From a virus (taxonomy: Duplodnaviria; Caudoviricetes): DNA of 64,000 nt. Both the position numbers and the translations under genes were made by a program. The stretch covers positions 32,001-96,000 of the IMG/VR virus record IMGVR_UViG_2690316366_000001. The stretch is one strand, 5' to 3'. The notes beneath the pieces were generated by a model. The model ran no database searches and was not told the DNA's origin. It worked only from the letters and a program-made list of their open reading frames with translations. Positions 1 through 9,230 of this stretch are shown one piece after another (the first letter of the stretch is position 1; every line of letters begins with the position of its first letter).

Positions 1-10
1 GGGTTCTCCG

Positions 11-322
11 TCATGACGGCAGGGCCCTTACTTCAGCGGCAGGCACCGGGAATTGCAGGATCTTCCCGCGCACCTTGGGCGTGGCCGCAGCGTGACGAGC
101 GGCCATCCGCGCGGCCGCACCAGCCTGAAGCGCGCCAAGCCCCTTGTGCGTGTCGACTGCGAGCCCGGCGATCGCCAGGCGCAATTCGTCGGCCGTAGCG
201 CCACCGCGCGCGGCAAGCGCTCTCAGCCGCTCAATGGTCTGAATGTGCGCCCGTTCGAGATACCCGGCCCGGAAAGCGAGATCGTCAATGATGGCGGTCG
301 GGTCGAGGGAGAGATCGGTCAT
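11..322 (-). CDS. hypothetical phage early protein
   Basis: 103-aa ORF, ATGA-coupled to its neighbours in the leftward operon. Confidence 0.65.
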   Translation of the reverse strand: MTDLSLDPTAIIDDLAFRAGYLERAHIQTIERLRALAARGGATADELRLAIAGLAVDTHKGLGALQAGAAARMAARHAAATPKVRGKILQFPVPAAEVRALPS

Positions 323-543
323 GCCGACGTCTCCTGGACCTTCTTCGCGATCCCAAAGGCCAAGGCGGCTTCCTCGGCGCGGCCGGCCGCCTTCAGCGCG
401 GACCCGGCATTGAACAGGGCGAGCAGAAGCTCACCGCGGTCGCGCATCGCATCCCAGTAGGCGCGAGTGAAGAAGGTCGCGCAGAGGAGGAAGCCGACCC
501 CCGTAAAGGCAATAGCGGTGGCGACGTAGCCAAGCTCCGTCAT
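319..543 (-). CDS. small membrane protein
   Basis: MTELGYVATAIAFTGVGFLL hydrophobic N-terminus; GGAG RBS; ATGA overlaps. Confidence 0.6.
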   Translation of the reverse strand: MTELGYVATAIAFTGVGFLLCATFFTRAYWDAMRDRGELLLALFNAGSALKAAGRAEEAALAFGIAKKVQETSA

Positions 544-719
544 GGCCGGCGCTCCTCGCCGCAGACGTCGCAAGCCAGATGAGCCTCCGTGCAGGCGGGG
601 CACGGCGGCGCGAAGTCGCCTTCGCGGACCAGCACGACTGTGTCGTCACAGCTCGCAATCGGGCAGCGCTGTCCCTCCTCGAGGGCAACCGGATCGGCGA
701 TTGGTGTCGTGATCTGCAA
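540..719 (-). CDS. 59-aa Cys-rich putative zinc-binding protein (below the ORF-track cutoff)
   Basis: TTG start after GGGAG; CPIASC...CPAC...CDVC; stop overlaps the next ATG. Confidence 0.55.
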   Translation of the reverse strand: MQITTPIADPVALEEGQRCPIASCDDTVVLVREGDFAPPCPACTEAHLACDVCGEERRP

Positions 720-738
720 AACAAGTCTCCCGTGGCAT

Positions 739-796
739 CTGGAATGTAATTCCAGGCGCGGAAACCTGTCAATAAAAAACTGGAAATAAATTCCAG
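739..796 (-). promoter_or_regulatory. PL-like sigma70 promoter flanked by two repressor operators
   Basis: TTGACA (772-767) N18 TACATT; palindromes CTGGAA-N5-TTCCAG at 739-755 and 780-796. Confidence 0.75.
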
Positions 797-857
797 ATGA
801 GATTATCAGTTCGGGCCGACCGCGGCTCAGCGTGGTCGCCGACTAGGAATCCCCCAA

Positions 858-1481
858 TTGGACGAACCACTGTTCACCAACATCCCCCGTGACCTGATCA
901 CCGCTCCGTTTTTCCGACGAGACGGCGAGTTCGGAGAGCGGGAGGCCTGGATTTGGTTGATAGCAGCAGCGGCTGTTCGATGCGGTACAGGCCCGTTCGG
1001 ACGGCCTGTTCAACGGAGCGAAATCGATCTCGATCGCCGGAAGTTGGCGGAGCAGTGGGGGTGGACGTCGCGGCATCTCGACAGTTTTTTGAGTCGTTTG
1101 GCCGGCGTTGGCTTCATGGAGCGAGATGCAGACGTCATCAGAATTGTCGATTTCGACGCGATGACGGTGCCGGAAAGCGACGAGCCCGCCGACACAAGCA
1201 TCGAGCTATCAAGTCCATCGGAATTGCGCGCGATGGGCGTTCGTATGCGTAGCCGCGAGAGCTCGCACATCCCCGCCGCCGTTCGGCGTGAGGTCGTACT
1301 CCGTGACGGGTGGATCTGCCAGTATTGCTACGCAACTGACGGCCCGTTCCATTTCGACCATGTGTTCCCGCGCTCGCGCGGCGGAACTGACACAGCGGCA
1401 AATATCAAAATCGCCTGCGAAACCTGCAATCTGCGTAAGGGCGCTCGTACTCCGGAGGAGTGGCGGGCGGCAACACCATGA
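858..1481 (+). CDS. HNH endonuclease with replication-initiator-like winged-helix N-terminus
   Basis: RDGWICQYC...HFDHVFPRSRGG...ACETCNLRKG; N-terminal EREAWIWLI...LAEQWGW. Confidence 0.8.
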   Translation: MDEPLFTNIPRDLITAPFFRRDGEFGEREAWIWLIAAAAVRCGTGPFGRPVQRSEIDLDRRKLAEQWGWTSRHLDSFLSRLAGVGFMERDADVIRIVDFDAMTVPESDEPADTSIELSSPSELRAMGVRMRSRESSHIPAAVRREVVLRDGWICQYCYATDGPFHFDHVFPRSRGGTDTAANIKIACETCNLRKGARTPEEWRAATP

Positions 1482-2371
1482 CCGAACCTCTGACTCCCAT
1501 CGACCTGGATCTCCGCGACTTCGGCTTCATGCCTCTGGAGGTCGTTCGGCTCCGCGATTCCGACCTTGCGGCGCTAGCGACAGGCGACGAATTCCGCGCC
1601 GCCGTGTTGCTGTGGTGCGCCGCGTGGCACCAAGTGCCTGCAGCTTCGCTTCCGGCCGACGACCGCCTTTTGGCCAAGTTGGCGGGCTTCGGCCGCGACC
1701 TGAAAGGGTGGAACGGCGTCAAGAAGGAAGCCTTGCGGGGCTTCTTGGAATGCTCGGATGGGCGCCTCTATCATCCTGTAATTGCTGACATTGCGATCGA
1801 AGCCGGCACAAAAAAGAAGAAGCAGTCGGGTAAGACGGCAAAGGCAACGGAGGCTCGGATACGGAAAGCCGAGGAGGCTCGTAACGCTAAACGTGGCGAT
1901 GATCGTGACGATGACCGTGACGGTCAACGTAACGATCACCAAGGGATAGGAAGAGAAAGGAATGGAGAGGAAGGGATAGACCCGCCCGGCCAAGCGGCCG
2001 AGCGCGATCAACAACTCCCTCTCGGTCAGGTCGCCCCTGCAAAGCGCCAAGCGACGAAGCGACGTCCCAATGCCAGAACGGCCATTGATCCCAACTGGCA
2101 TCTACCCGAGGAAGGCCGCGAATACGCGCGGAAGCGGGGCTGGCCGGAACGGCAGATCGATCTCCAGTTTGAGAAATTCAAGAATTTCCATGCGGCCAAG
2201 GGAAACTTGATGGCGGACTGGTTGGCCGCCTGGCGCACCTGGGTCGGTAACGATTACGACCGGCAACCGCCTCGAGGTGGTCCGCCGCAGGCACCGAGCC
2301 GTGCCGACACCGCGATCGAGGGCATGATGGCCGGTCTGACAGAGGGGGATTTCCATGCGCGATCTCGTTGA
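1478..2371 (+). CDS. DUF1376 (YdaU-like) phage replication initiator
   Basis: DLRDFGFMPLEVVRLRDS...LWCAAWHQVPAASLPADD; C-terminal FKNFH...DWLAAWRTW. Confidence 0.8.
   Translation: MTEPLTPIDLDLRDFGFMPLEVVRLRDSDLAALATGDEFRAAVLLWCAAWHQVPAASLPADDRLLAKLAGFGRDLKGWNGVKKEALRGFLECSDGRLYHPVIADIAIEAGTKKKKQSGKTAKATEARIRKAEEARNAKRGDDRDDDRDGQRNDHQGIGRERNGEEGIDPPGQAAERDQQLPLGQVAPAKRQATKRRPNARTAIDPNWHLPEEGREYARKRGWPERQIDLQFEKFKNFHAAKGNLMADWLAAWRTWVGNDYDRQPPRGGPPQAPSRADTAIEGMMAGLTEGDFHARSR
1880..1980 (+). repeat. iteron-like 5 x 12-bp repeats plus purine tract (candidate origin)
   Basis: cgtaacgctaaa/cgtggcgatgat/cgtgacgatgac/cgtgacggtcaa/cgtaacgatcac followed by about 40 nt of A/G inside the initiator gene. 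Confidence 0.55.
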
Positions 2372-2927
2372 GCGACCGCGCGGAACGCCGCCGGCGCCGC
2401 CGTCATTTTCGGGTCTCGAGCCAGCCCTGCGCGCAATAGCCGCAGCCCGAGAAGCCACGGCTTTGGCCGATGAGCCGAGCGCTGAACTCCTGGAACAGGT
2501 CGATCGAGCGATCGAGGTGCACCGGAAGAACCGGGCCGTCTTGGAGCAAGCGTTGGCGCCGATACCCGCGGCTGGCACAGTGGTCTATCTGGGCCTGCTG
2601 TTGAAGGCATACCCGAATGCCGGCAGCCAAGACGCAGGCGTGTTCGGCCAGTTCCTGCGCGACGACGTCATGTCGCTGGATCCGTCGTTCGGCGCCGTTG
2701 AGATGGCGTGCCGCAGGTGGCGCCAGAAGTCCAGGTTCCTGCCGGCGATCGCCGAGATGATGGTGGAGGTGAGGGCGGCCCGCGACGAGCTCGCAGGGGT
2801 CGCCGAGTTTGTTGACCGCCTTCCGGCAATCCGCAACGCGATCGCTGCGAAGCTAGACCGCGCTGGCACGCCCGCTCTCAGGGGCAAACCAGACATGCGA
2901 CCTAACGTCAGGGATATCGCCTTGTGA
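2355..2927 (+). CDS. putative helicase loader-like protein
   Basis: Follows the initiator; ACRRWRQKSRFLPAIAE motif. Confidence 0.55.
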   Translation: MRDLVERPRGTPPAPPSFSGLEPALRAIAAAREATALADEPSAELLEQVDRAIEVHRKNRAVLEQALAPIPAAGTVVYLGLLLKAYPNAGSQDAGVFGQFLRDDVMSLDPSFGAVEMACRRWRQKSRFLPAIAEMMVEVRAARDELAGVAEFVDRLPAIRNAIAAKLDRAGTPALRGKPDMRPNVRDIAL

Positions 2928-3172
2928 CCCAAGGCGGACCTCAACTCGGCGGGCATCTCTTCGGCCTTGCGGATCGCGTGCATAAGGCGCAGGGTGCATC
3001 CATAATAAGTGCTGCCACAGCGCTCCTCCTATCAAGCGGTCGCCTTTAGATTTTTTGCAGCCTTAGCTTCGCCGTTCGTCCACACCAGACGATCCGGGTG
3101 CTCTTTTTCCGTCAGTCGTGATAGCGCGAAATCCATCGCGCGAACGATGGTTGTCCTTTTTGGAGGCCAGCG

Positions 3173-4054
3173 ATGCGAACTTCATTTCGATCTATTGTGC
3201 TGTTATTTGCGATTTTGATGACAGGTGATGTTGCCTACGCGGCTGGGTTCAAATGCACAGGCGCGCTTCAGAAAGACGAGAAGGTCGTATGCTCGGACGA
3301 GGACTTATCTCGTCTTGATGACCAGTTAAACTCTGTATACCAGGAGGCCCTTACTGCGAACTTTGAAACAGCTGACAAGGTACGCAGTGACCAACGCGCA
3401 TTTTTAGTTAGCCGCCGCGCCTGCGCCATCAACGCAGGCTGCATGCGCTCGCTATACAGCGCTCGCATAGACGAATTGAGTAGACCGCAGATCTTTGAGC
3501 CTGAAAAGAAGGCTCAGGATTCAACCCTCGCGGCTCAGGCCCAAAAACTTCTTAGCCTTGCGCTGAAGTGCCCAGCCAAGCCCGTTCAAACGGGAGGAGC
3601 GGCTTACAAAAAACTTGAATACGAATCCGTTGGAGATAGTGCGGTCCTCCGCATTAAAGGGATTGTGCATGACTTCCAAGGGTTCAAATTCCCCGGTCAA
3701 AAGATGATGAAAACGGACATCCCGATACCGGGCGTCAACGCCGCTAGCGACGATATGGGTCAGGTGAACTATTCTGCTGGCCTGAAATCAATCGCAGCTA
3801 TTGAAGCCTACAGGTGGGGAGAACTCCGTATTGCTTGCGCGCGAGGAAATAAGTGCATCAAATTCGACAGTGCGTGGGGGCAGGGCAACTGCAAGTCGTT
3901 CGATGGAGCCTCTTGTGGCAACGGAAGAGAATCCAGCGCAAAGGATCAGCTTGAGGAGATGACCCTCGAGGGAATATGTCCATCGCAGGTCAAGAATGCT
4001 GGCGATGCATTAAGCATACTCGTGTCAGCGGCGAAATATGGCCAGACGAAATAG
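3173..4054 (+). CDS. secreted protein with LprI-like (lysozyme inhibitor family) N-terminal domain; moron
   Basis: Signal peptide; FKC...EKVVCSDEDLSRLDDQLNSVY...DQRAFLVSRRAC; lower GC. Confidence 0.75.
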   Translation: MRTSFRSIVLLFAILMTGDVAYAAGFKCTGALQKDEKVVCSDEDLSRLDDQLNSVYQEALTANFETADKVRSDQRAFLVSRRACAINAGCMRSLYSARIDELSRPQIFEPEKKAQDSTLAAQAQKLLSLALKCPAKPVQTGGAAYKKLEYESVGDSAVLRIKGIVHDFQGFKFPGQKMMKTDIPIPGVNAASDDMGQVNYSAGLKSIAAIEAYRWGELRIACARGNKCIKFDSAWGQGNCKSFDGASCGNGRESSAKDQLEEMTLEGICPSQVKNAGDALSILVSAAKYGQTK

Positions 4055-4071
4055 CGAATTGAGGACAGGCG

Positions 4072-4986
4072 ATGGTTAAGCAAACTTATATGCGTCTCGT
4101 TCGAGACGCGATGCCTCTCGTGGCAGCCATAGTGCTCATCTCAGCGGGACCCTCGGCGTACGCAGCGACGTTGAACTGTGTTCCATCGGTTGACGTTGAG
4201 ACGAAGTCGTGCGGCGTCGCCGACCATATCCAGACGTTCGCGCGCGTGACCAATAAGTGTTCCTGCGATGTAAACGTCTCTGTTCAACTACCCGGTGGCG
4301 GAGCGGCAGTGTTCACTGGCGTAAAACGCATGGGAGGTTCCCAACGTGAGATGATCGTGGCCTGCAGTCCCAAGAAAGGTGCGATTGGAGAGTACAAGTA
4401 CGATTTCGCTTGTCCTGAGGGCTCCACGGAATCGAAACCACGCGATCTTTCGAAGCAGCTGCAATCGGCTTCAACGGACGCTCAAGATGCGGCTGCAAAA
4501 AATCGGCAAGATCTCAGTCAACTTAACAAGCAGCACCAGCAAGCGGCCGACAGTGAAATTGCGCGGTACAAAGCAGGAGTGCGCAACTGGTGTGCTTCGC
4601 AGGCGCAGAACTGCGACGCAAAATGCGTCAGTAAGAGCCGCGGGTCACAGAATTACATGAGTGCCTGCGTAAATTTGTGCCGCACGCTTGTGGATGCTTG
4701 CGCATCGGATGATGGGAGCCAAAGCGCCCAGGCGGAAGCACGCATTCGCGCCGCAAATGATAACATGAAGGACGTAGTTGACCAATTGAACAGGCAATCG
4801 GCAGAACAGCGAGCCCGCGAGGAAATGGAGTCCTCCCTACAGGTACAGACCTTCGTCGGTGCGCTTTCGGGGATGGCGAGGGCCTATCAGCGGACCTCCG
4901 GGGGCAATTCTGGCGGCGGAGGGGCCGGAAGGGCCCCGCATGGCGGCGGCAGTGCTTGTGGGCCCGGCAGCGAAGCTTGTCGGTGA
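4072..4986 (+). CDS. secreted Cys-rich hypothetical protein; moron
   Basis: Signal peptide ending SAYA; many Cys; Gly-rich tail. Confidence 0.7.
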   Translation: MVKQTYMRLVRDAMPLVAAIVLISAGPSAYAATLNCVPSVDVETKSCGVADHIQTFARVTNKCSCDVNVSVQLPGGGAAVFTGVKRMGGSQREMIVACSPKKGAIGEYKYDFACPEGSTESKPRDLSKQLQSASTDAQDAAAKNRQDLSQLNKQHQQAADSEIARYKAGVRNWCASQAQNCDAKCVSKSRGSQNYMSACVNLCRTLVDACASDDGSQSAQAEARIRAANDNMKDVVDQLNRQSAEQRAREEMESSLQVQTFVGALSGMARAYQRTSGGNSGGGGAGRAPHGGGSACGPGSEACR

Positions 4987-5428
4987 TCATTCTTATCACG
5001 AAAGCAGTGATTGGGTACGCTCGTTCGGGTGCCTCAAAGAACTTGTTGGTAATCACGCACTCTAATATCGGAATATAGGCCGCCGCTGCTTTCCCAATCG
5101 CAGTCGACCCAAAGGAGGTCCGGCTCTGGCCCTTCTCGGAAGTGACGCGCTGGCTACTGAAGGTCCGGTGCCGGGAGTGAAGCGGACGTCGCGATCGCGC
5201 GTTCCGACTTCCGAGTTTGACCCGGAACGGACTTCGTCGCTGGAAAACTACCACTCGGTTTTCGGTCTGCCCCTGAAGCTGAAGTGCACGTAGCCCAGAC
5301 GCGTGCTACGCCGACAAATGGGAAGCGTTCAAGGGTGCACTCTGCAGCTGCCAAGTCACGGCCGCATACGCTGGTGTTTAACGCGCCTGCGGCCTAAGCT
5401 GGCTTGGTGTCGGGGAAGGGATATCAAC

Positions 5429-6109
5429 ATGCGTTTCATTGCGCTTCTAATCGGTGTGTTGCTTTTGAGCAGCAATGCCTGTGCCCAAGAAAAATGTTTT
5501 GATGGTCCAACTCGGAAGCAGGAAAATAACTCTTGGCAAACATGGAACGCAGTAAACAACTGTGGCACATCGGTTACCGTTTACTACACGGTGCAGTCCG
5601 GCAGTACAAAAACCAGTAGCAACTCGGTTGTGCCTGCCTGTGAGAGTGCGCAGGTTGTTCAGACATTCAAATCTGACACGGTCGAGTTCGGAAACATAAT
5701 TGTTCATCCTGGCCCTGGAAAAAAATGCCGCCCCGACGAAAAAGCGAGTGATCAAGTCCCTCAAAAAAGCCAGCCGCAAAAGCAGCACGCCACTCCATCG
5801 AAAACCAGCGCGCCCGCTCTGCGTCCGCCTTCGACACCAAGCGCCCCTGACGCGGGCTCACCAGGACCAAGCACAAGCAGGGCTAACGATGCCTCCGCGA
5901 TGAAGCAATGCTCTTCTCAGTGCGTCCCTGTGTTGGCTAGTGCTAATGACTTATGCCGGACAACAGTTGTTGCCGATTGGTGGAAAGCGAAAGACAAATA
6001 TGGCGATAATTCCCCTCAAGCGTTGGCCGCTCAACAGCTAATTGGCCCGTGCGGAGCCCGTTCAATGGCTTTGGGGAATCAGTGCCTGCAAAGCTGTTTG
6101 GCTCGCTGA
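5429..6109 (+). CDS. secreted Cys-rich hypothetical protein; moron
   Basis: MRFIALLIGVLLLSSNACA signal; Pro/Ser linker; Cys-rich C-terminal domain. Confidence 0.7.
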   Translation: MRFIALLIGVLLLSSNACAQEKCFDGPTRKQENNSWQTWNAVNNCGTSVTVYYTVQSGSTKTSSNSVVPACESAQVVQTFKSDTVEFGNIIVHPGPGKKCRPDEKASDQVPQKSQPQKQHATPSKTSAPALRPPSTPSAPDAGSPGPSTSRANDASAMKQCSSQCVPVLASANDLCRTTVVADWWKAKDKYGDNSPQALAAQQLIGPCGARSMALGNQCLQSCLAR

Positions 6110-6376
6110 ACGACATTTGCGATCGTACGCTTGGAAGACGGTGTCGGCTCATCCGTTGTACTTCTTCAAGGATTGGCGCGCATCGCGTTTGTTTGGACTG
6201 CGACTGCGGAAGCGCGATATGGCTGGAGTCTGTATCGCTAGTCATTCGAATGAACCCCAAAGCGAGGCACAGCACCTTCGGGCAACATATTGTTGGCGCG
6301 CCATGTCCGAGTTTGGTCCTTAGCCGACATGACCAAGCAGGGTGGTGCGGACGTCGTTCGGCGGCGGAAGAGCGCG

Positions 6377-6847
6377 CTAACGGTTTGAGGCTGCCTTCAA
6401 GGCATCGCCGACGGCCTGGCGCAGCTGCCGATCGACGGTCTCGACATAGGTTGAATCCGTCGACTGGCCGGTAGCGCGGAACGTTCGCTGGATATCGCCC
6501 AGCTCTTCCTGCTCAGCGATCAGCTTGTCGACGGTTCGCTTCCCGCCGAACTCGGTCTGGTATTTGAGGAACGCCGATTTGCAAGCTTGCCTCACCGCCT
6601 GGTTCAGCGATGTGCGGTCGGTGCATTCCGCGAAGTAATTCAGCAGCGATCGCAGTTCGGGCTCGCTCATGCGAGCAATCTCGGTGCGAGCGGCGCGGAT
6701 CGTCTCCTCGGACGGCTGCGCGGCTTCAACCCGCGCGGCGGCGCCAAGACTGATCAGGATAATCGCGGCGAGGGTGTATCTCGAGGTTGAACCCGCGGCC
6801 GCCCTGGCGACGGCACCGCGAGCAGAACAGGCGCTGGCCAAGCTCAT
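6377..6847 (-). CDS. putative exported helical protein (start uncertain)
   Basis: LAAIILISLGAAARVEA signal-like segment followed by a helical domain. Confidence 0.5.
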   Translation of the reverse strand: MSLASACSARGAVARAAAGSTSRYTLAAIILISLGAAARVEAAQPSEETIRAARTEIARMSEPELRSLLNYFAECTDRTSLNQAVRQACKSAFLKYQTEFGGKRTVDKLIAEQEELGDIQRTFRATGQSTDSTYVETVDRQLRQAVGDALKAASNR

Positions 6848-6983
6848 CGATTGTGGTCTCTGATGGGATCCGGAAGTGCTGGAGATCTTCGCACGTCCAG
6901 ACGACGGCGTGACCGCAGTCTGAACACAGGATTTGAAGGAAAGGCTCGGAAGTGACGGATTTTGCAGTGTTTTGACGCCGCAT
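6726..6983 (-). CDS. small CxxC...CxxC zinc-ribbon protein
   Basis: CSDCGH...LGQRLFCSRC; downstream of cI; overlaps the previous ORF. Confidence 0.5.
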   Translation of the reverse strand: MRRQNTAKSVTSEPFLQILCSDCGHAVVWTCEDLQHFRIPSETTIDELGQRLFCSRCRRQGGRGFNLEIHPRRDYPDQSWRRRAG

Positions 6984-7059
6984 CGCTCTCGCTCGTGACG
7001 ATGTATGACGGCATCATTGAATCTTTCCGAGCACGAGTCGAATCCACAAGATGTGGTGG

Positions 7060-7794
7060 TTAGTTGAACTCGACGCCTACAATGCGATGGATGCTTTCAA
7101 CCAGGTCCGCGGCAAAACGCATCTGCCTGGCAGGGTTCAACTGCTCAAGGACCAGTTCCTTCTTCGAGAACGACACGAACTTCTTCGCATAGCCATCGAA
7201 TTCGCCCTCAACTTCCGTACGGATCTGCACGACAACGAAATGTCCGCGCCGATACGGCAGCTTTGGATTGACGTACAGCTTGTAGCCATCCTCGATGGCA
7301 GGCGACATTGAATCTCCGCTCTGCTCCACGCAGTAAGCCTCGGCGACAGCCTCGAGGCTCGGCGGGCGGAGAATCTCCCCAACCTTTTCCCCGTTCAAAA
7401 CGAACTTCCCTTCGCGCCCCCCAGCGGCTCGCCCGTAGATTGGTAGAGGAGACCGTGGGTATTTTATTTCTGATTGTTCGCTCGTAACGTTTGCGGGCAC
7501 AGGGTTTTCGTCAAGACCTCCTAAGGTCGCGGAAACTTTATGGTTACCGCTAGTTGCGTCGCCATCGCGCAGCCACTGCACCGTCACGCCGAGCGCGTTG
7601 GCCAGTTGCGACATCGTCTGACCGCGGGGCTGTTCCACCGGCTTCTGCTTGGCTGAGATCTTCTCGTAGCTGTAGATGCGCTCACGCATCACGGCGATCG
7701 CATCGGCATCATCGCCCACGATCAATCGAGCAAGTTGCGGGACCGAATAGCCCTTCGCTCGGCGAGCCGATTTTAGCCTGTGGTTCCAGAGCAT
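7060..7794 (-). CDS. cI: CI-like repressor (XRE HTH + S24 peptidase)
   Basis: RLKSARRAKGYSVPQLA HTH; LANALGVTVQWL; GDSMSP catalytic Ser and AKKF Lys; divergent from cro. Confidence 0.88.
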   Translation of the reverse strand: MLWNHRLKSARRAKGYSVPQLARLIVGDDADAIAVMRERIYSYEKISAKQKPVEQPRGQTMSQLANALGVTVQWLRDGDATSGNHKVSATLGGLDENPVPANVTSEQSEIKYPRSPLPIYGRAAGGREGKFVLNGEKVGEILRPPSLEAVAEAYCVEQSGDSMSPAIEDGYKLYVNPKLPYRRGHFVVVQIRTEVEGEFDGYAKKFVSFSKKELVLEQLNPARQMRFAADLVESIHRIVGVEFN

Positions 7795-7855
7795 TGGGGT
7801 GGCGTTCAAGCTAACTCTCTCAGCCGAAGGGATTCTTTCCCCGCCAGCATAGGAA

Positions 7856-7921
7856 CTGGAATTATTTTCGGAATGGAATTCGGACGCCTTGTGTCCGGAA
7901 TTAAATTCCAGTAAATTCCAG
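7856..7921. promoter_or_regulatory. OR-like operator cluster between cI and cro
   Basis: CTGGAA-TTATT-TTCGGA (7856), TCGGAA-TGGAA-TTCGGA (7868), CCGGAA-TTAAA-TTCCAG (7895); same consensus as 739-796. Confidence 0.7.
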
Positions 7922-7926
7922 AAGCC

Positions 7927-8187
7927 ATGACAGATGCCTCCGCAGACACTCCGGCCGCCGATCGTCCCAAGACGGTTTCCGAAATCATCAAGTACGCCGG
8001 CGGCGCCGCGGAGCTCGCGAAGGCCTCCGATGGGGCCGTCACGATCGAGGCCGTCTACAAATGGCCCAAGATCGGCATTCCGGATCGACATTGGGGCGTG
8101 ATCCGCGGGCTTTGCAACGTCACCGCTGAGGAACTCTACGCCGCCAACGTCGCCGCGCGGACGCCCGCCGACGCCGCCAGTCGGTGA
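7927..8187 (+). CDS. cro: Cro-like HTH regulator
   Basis: IIKYAGGAAELAKA...TIEAVYKWPKIGIP; divergent from cI. Confidence 0.8.
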   Translation: MTDASADTPAADRPKTVSEIIKYAGGAAELAKASDGAVTIEAVYKWPKIGIPDRHWGVIRGLCNVTAEELYAANVAARTPADAASR

Positions 8188-8195
8188 GGGCGCCA

Positions 8196-8537
8196 TCATG
8201 ACACCCCGCCGATCACAGTCTTCAGCGTCGCGGCCATTCTCGACAACCTCGTTGCCTGGTCGATCAGTTCGGGTGTCCGGATCGCCCAGTGAGTTTCGGT
8301 CCTTCCCGAAGCGTGCAGCAACAATCGCTCCGATAGGCGGTCGAGCATGACCGCGGCACAGCTCCGGTGCACGAGCCCGGCATCGATCAGCATCTGCAGC
8401 ATCGCATCGAAGCATTCTTCCGCAATCAGCATTCGTGTTCCGGCCAGGGCGGCGCGCGCCCAGTCGTCATCTTTGTCAGGCGTCGGCAGCGCTGCCACGC
8501 TCAAATTTTGTTTGTGAAAGAAGGGAGCATTCATCAT
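8196..8537 (-). CDS. hypothetical protein antisense to the early operon
   Basis: 113-aa protein-like ORF filling the cro-cII gap. Confidence 0.45.
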   Translation of the reverse strand: MMNAPFFHKQNLSVAALPTPDKDDDWARAALAGTRMLIAEECFDAMLQMLIDAGLVHRSCAAVMLDRLSERLLLHASGRTETHWAIRTPELIDQATRLSRMAATLKTVIGGVS

Positions 8538-8985
8538 GGGAACAGCATCGCTTGCCGCTTCGATCAATGCAAACACCCACGCTGCACGTTCGGACAGTTC
8601 GAAATGCACAAACGTGCGGTCGATGAAAATGACCGCCGAAATCATTCGTATTTCGCAGAACGGCGCCAATCGCGGCAGTATGCGGAAGCTGCTCGCCGAG
8701 CTCGCGCACTGCTCGCTACGGACCATCGACAACTGGATCTCGAAGGATCGCTCGATCCAGTTCGAGCAGTTCTTCAATTTGCTGGACCGGACTGAGAGCG
8801 CTGAGGGCACCGCATACTTCGAAGCGATGTGGGAGCAGGTGCCGCAGCGTGTCCGCGATCGATTTTTCGAAGCCGAGGCGCTGCGCCGCACTCTCGCGGA
8901 TCGCCAGCGCCAGCGTGAGATCGAGGATCGTGACGCCCAGGCGCGTTTGCGCCAACTCAACATGGACCTCAACGCCTCGAAGTGA
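8536..8985 (+). CDS. CII-position HTH regulator
   Basis: KLLAELAHCSLRTIDNW HTH; position after cro. Confidence 0.65.
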   Translation: MGTASLAASINANTHAARSDSSKCTNVRSMKMTAEIIRISQNGANRGSMRKLLAELAHCSLRTIDNWISKDRSIQFEQFFNLLDRTESAEGTAYFEAMWEQVPQRVRDRFFEAEALRRTLADRQRQREIEDRDAQARLRQLNMDLNASK

Positions 8986-9230
8986 CGGTACGGGCCGCGC
9001 GGGACCGCGGCACCATCTCAAGCTTGGAATTCTTCGTGACCAACCTTCTATCCATCACGGCCGTCGCTATAGCTCGCGCGTGCATCAAGCTCTCCGACTT
9101 CCATCGCGTCCGTCGGGACGTTTGGATCGACCACGCCGAGTTCTGGTCTGACTTCAACAGGTGGCTGCGCCTCGGTGGAGCCAAGCCGTTCACCGATATC
9201 CGCGCTGACCGGAAGGCAAGGAACTCATGA
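8982..9230 (+). CDS. hypothetical protein
   Basis: GTGA/ATGA-coupled to both neighbours. Confidence 0.55.
   Translation: MTVRAARDRGTISSLEFFVTNLLSITAVAIARACIKLSDFHRVRRDVWIDHAEFWSDFNRWLRLGGAKPFTDIRADRKARNS

Noticed and set aside
7795-8415. N-terminal extension of the 451-aa cI ORF
   Set aside because: It overlaps cro and the operator region; the HTH begins after the ATG at 7794.
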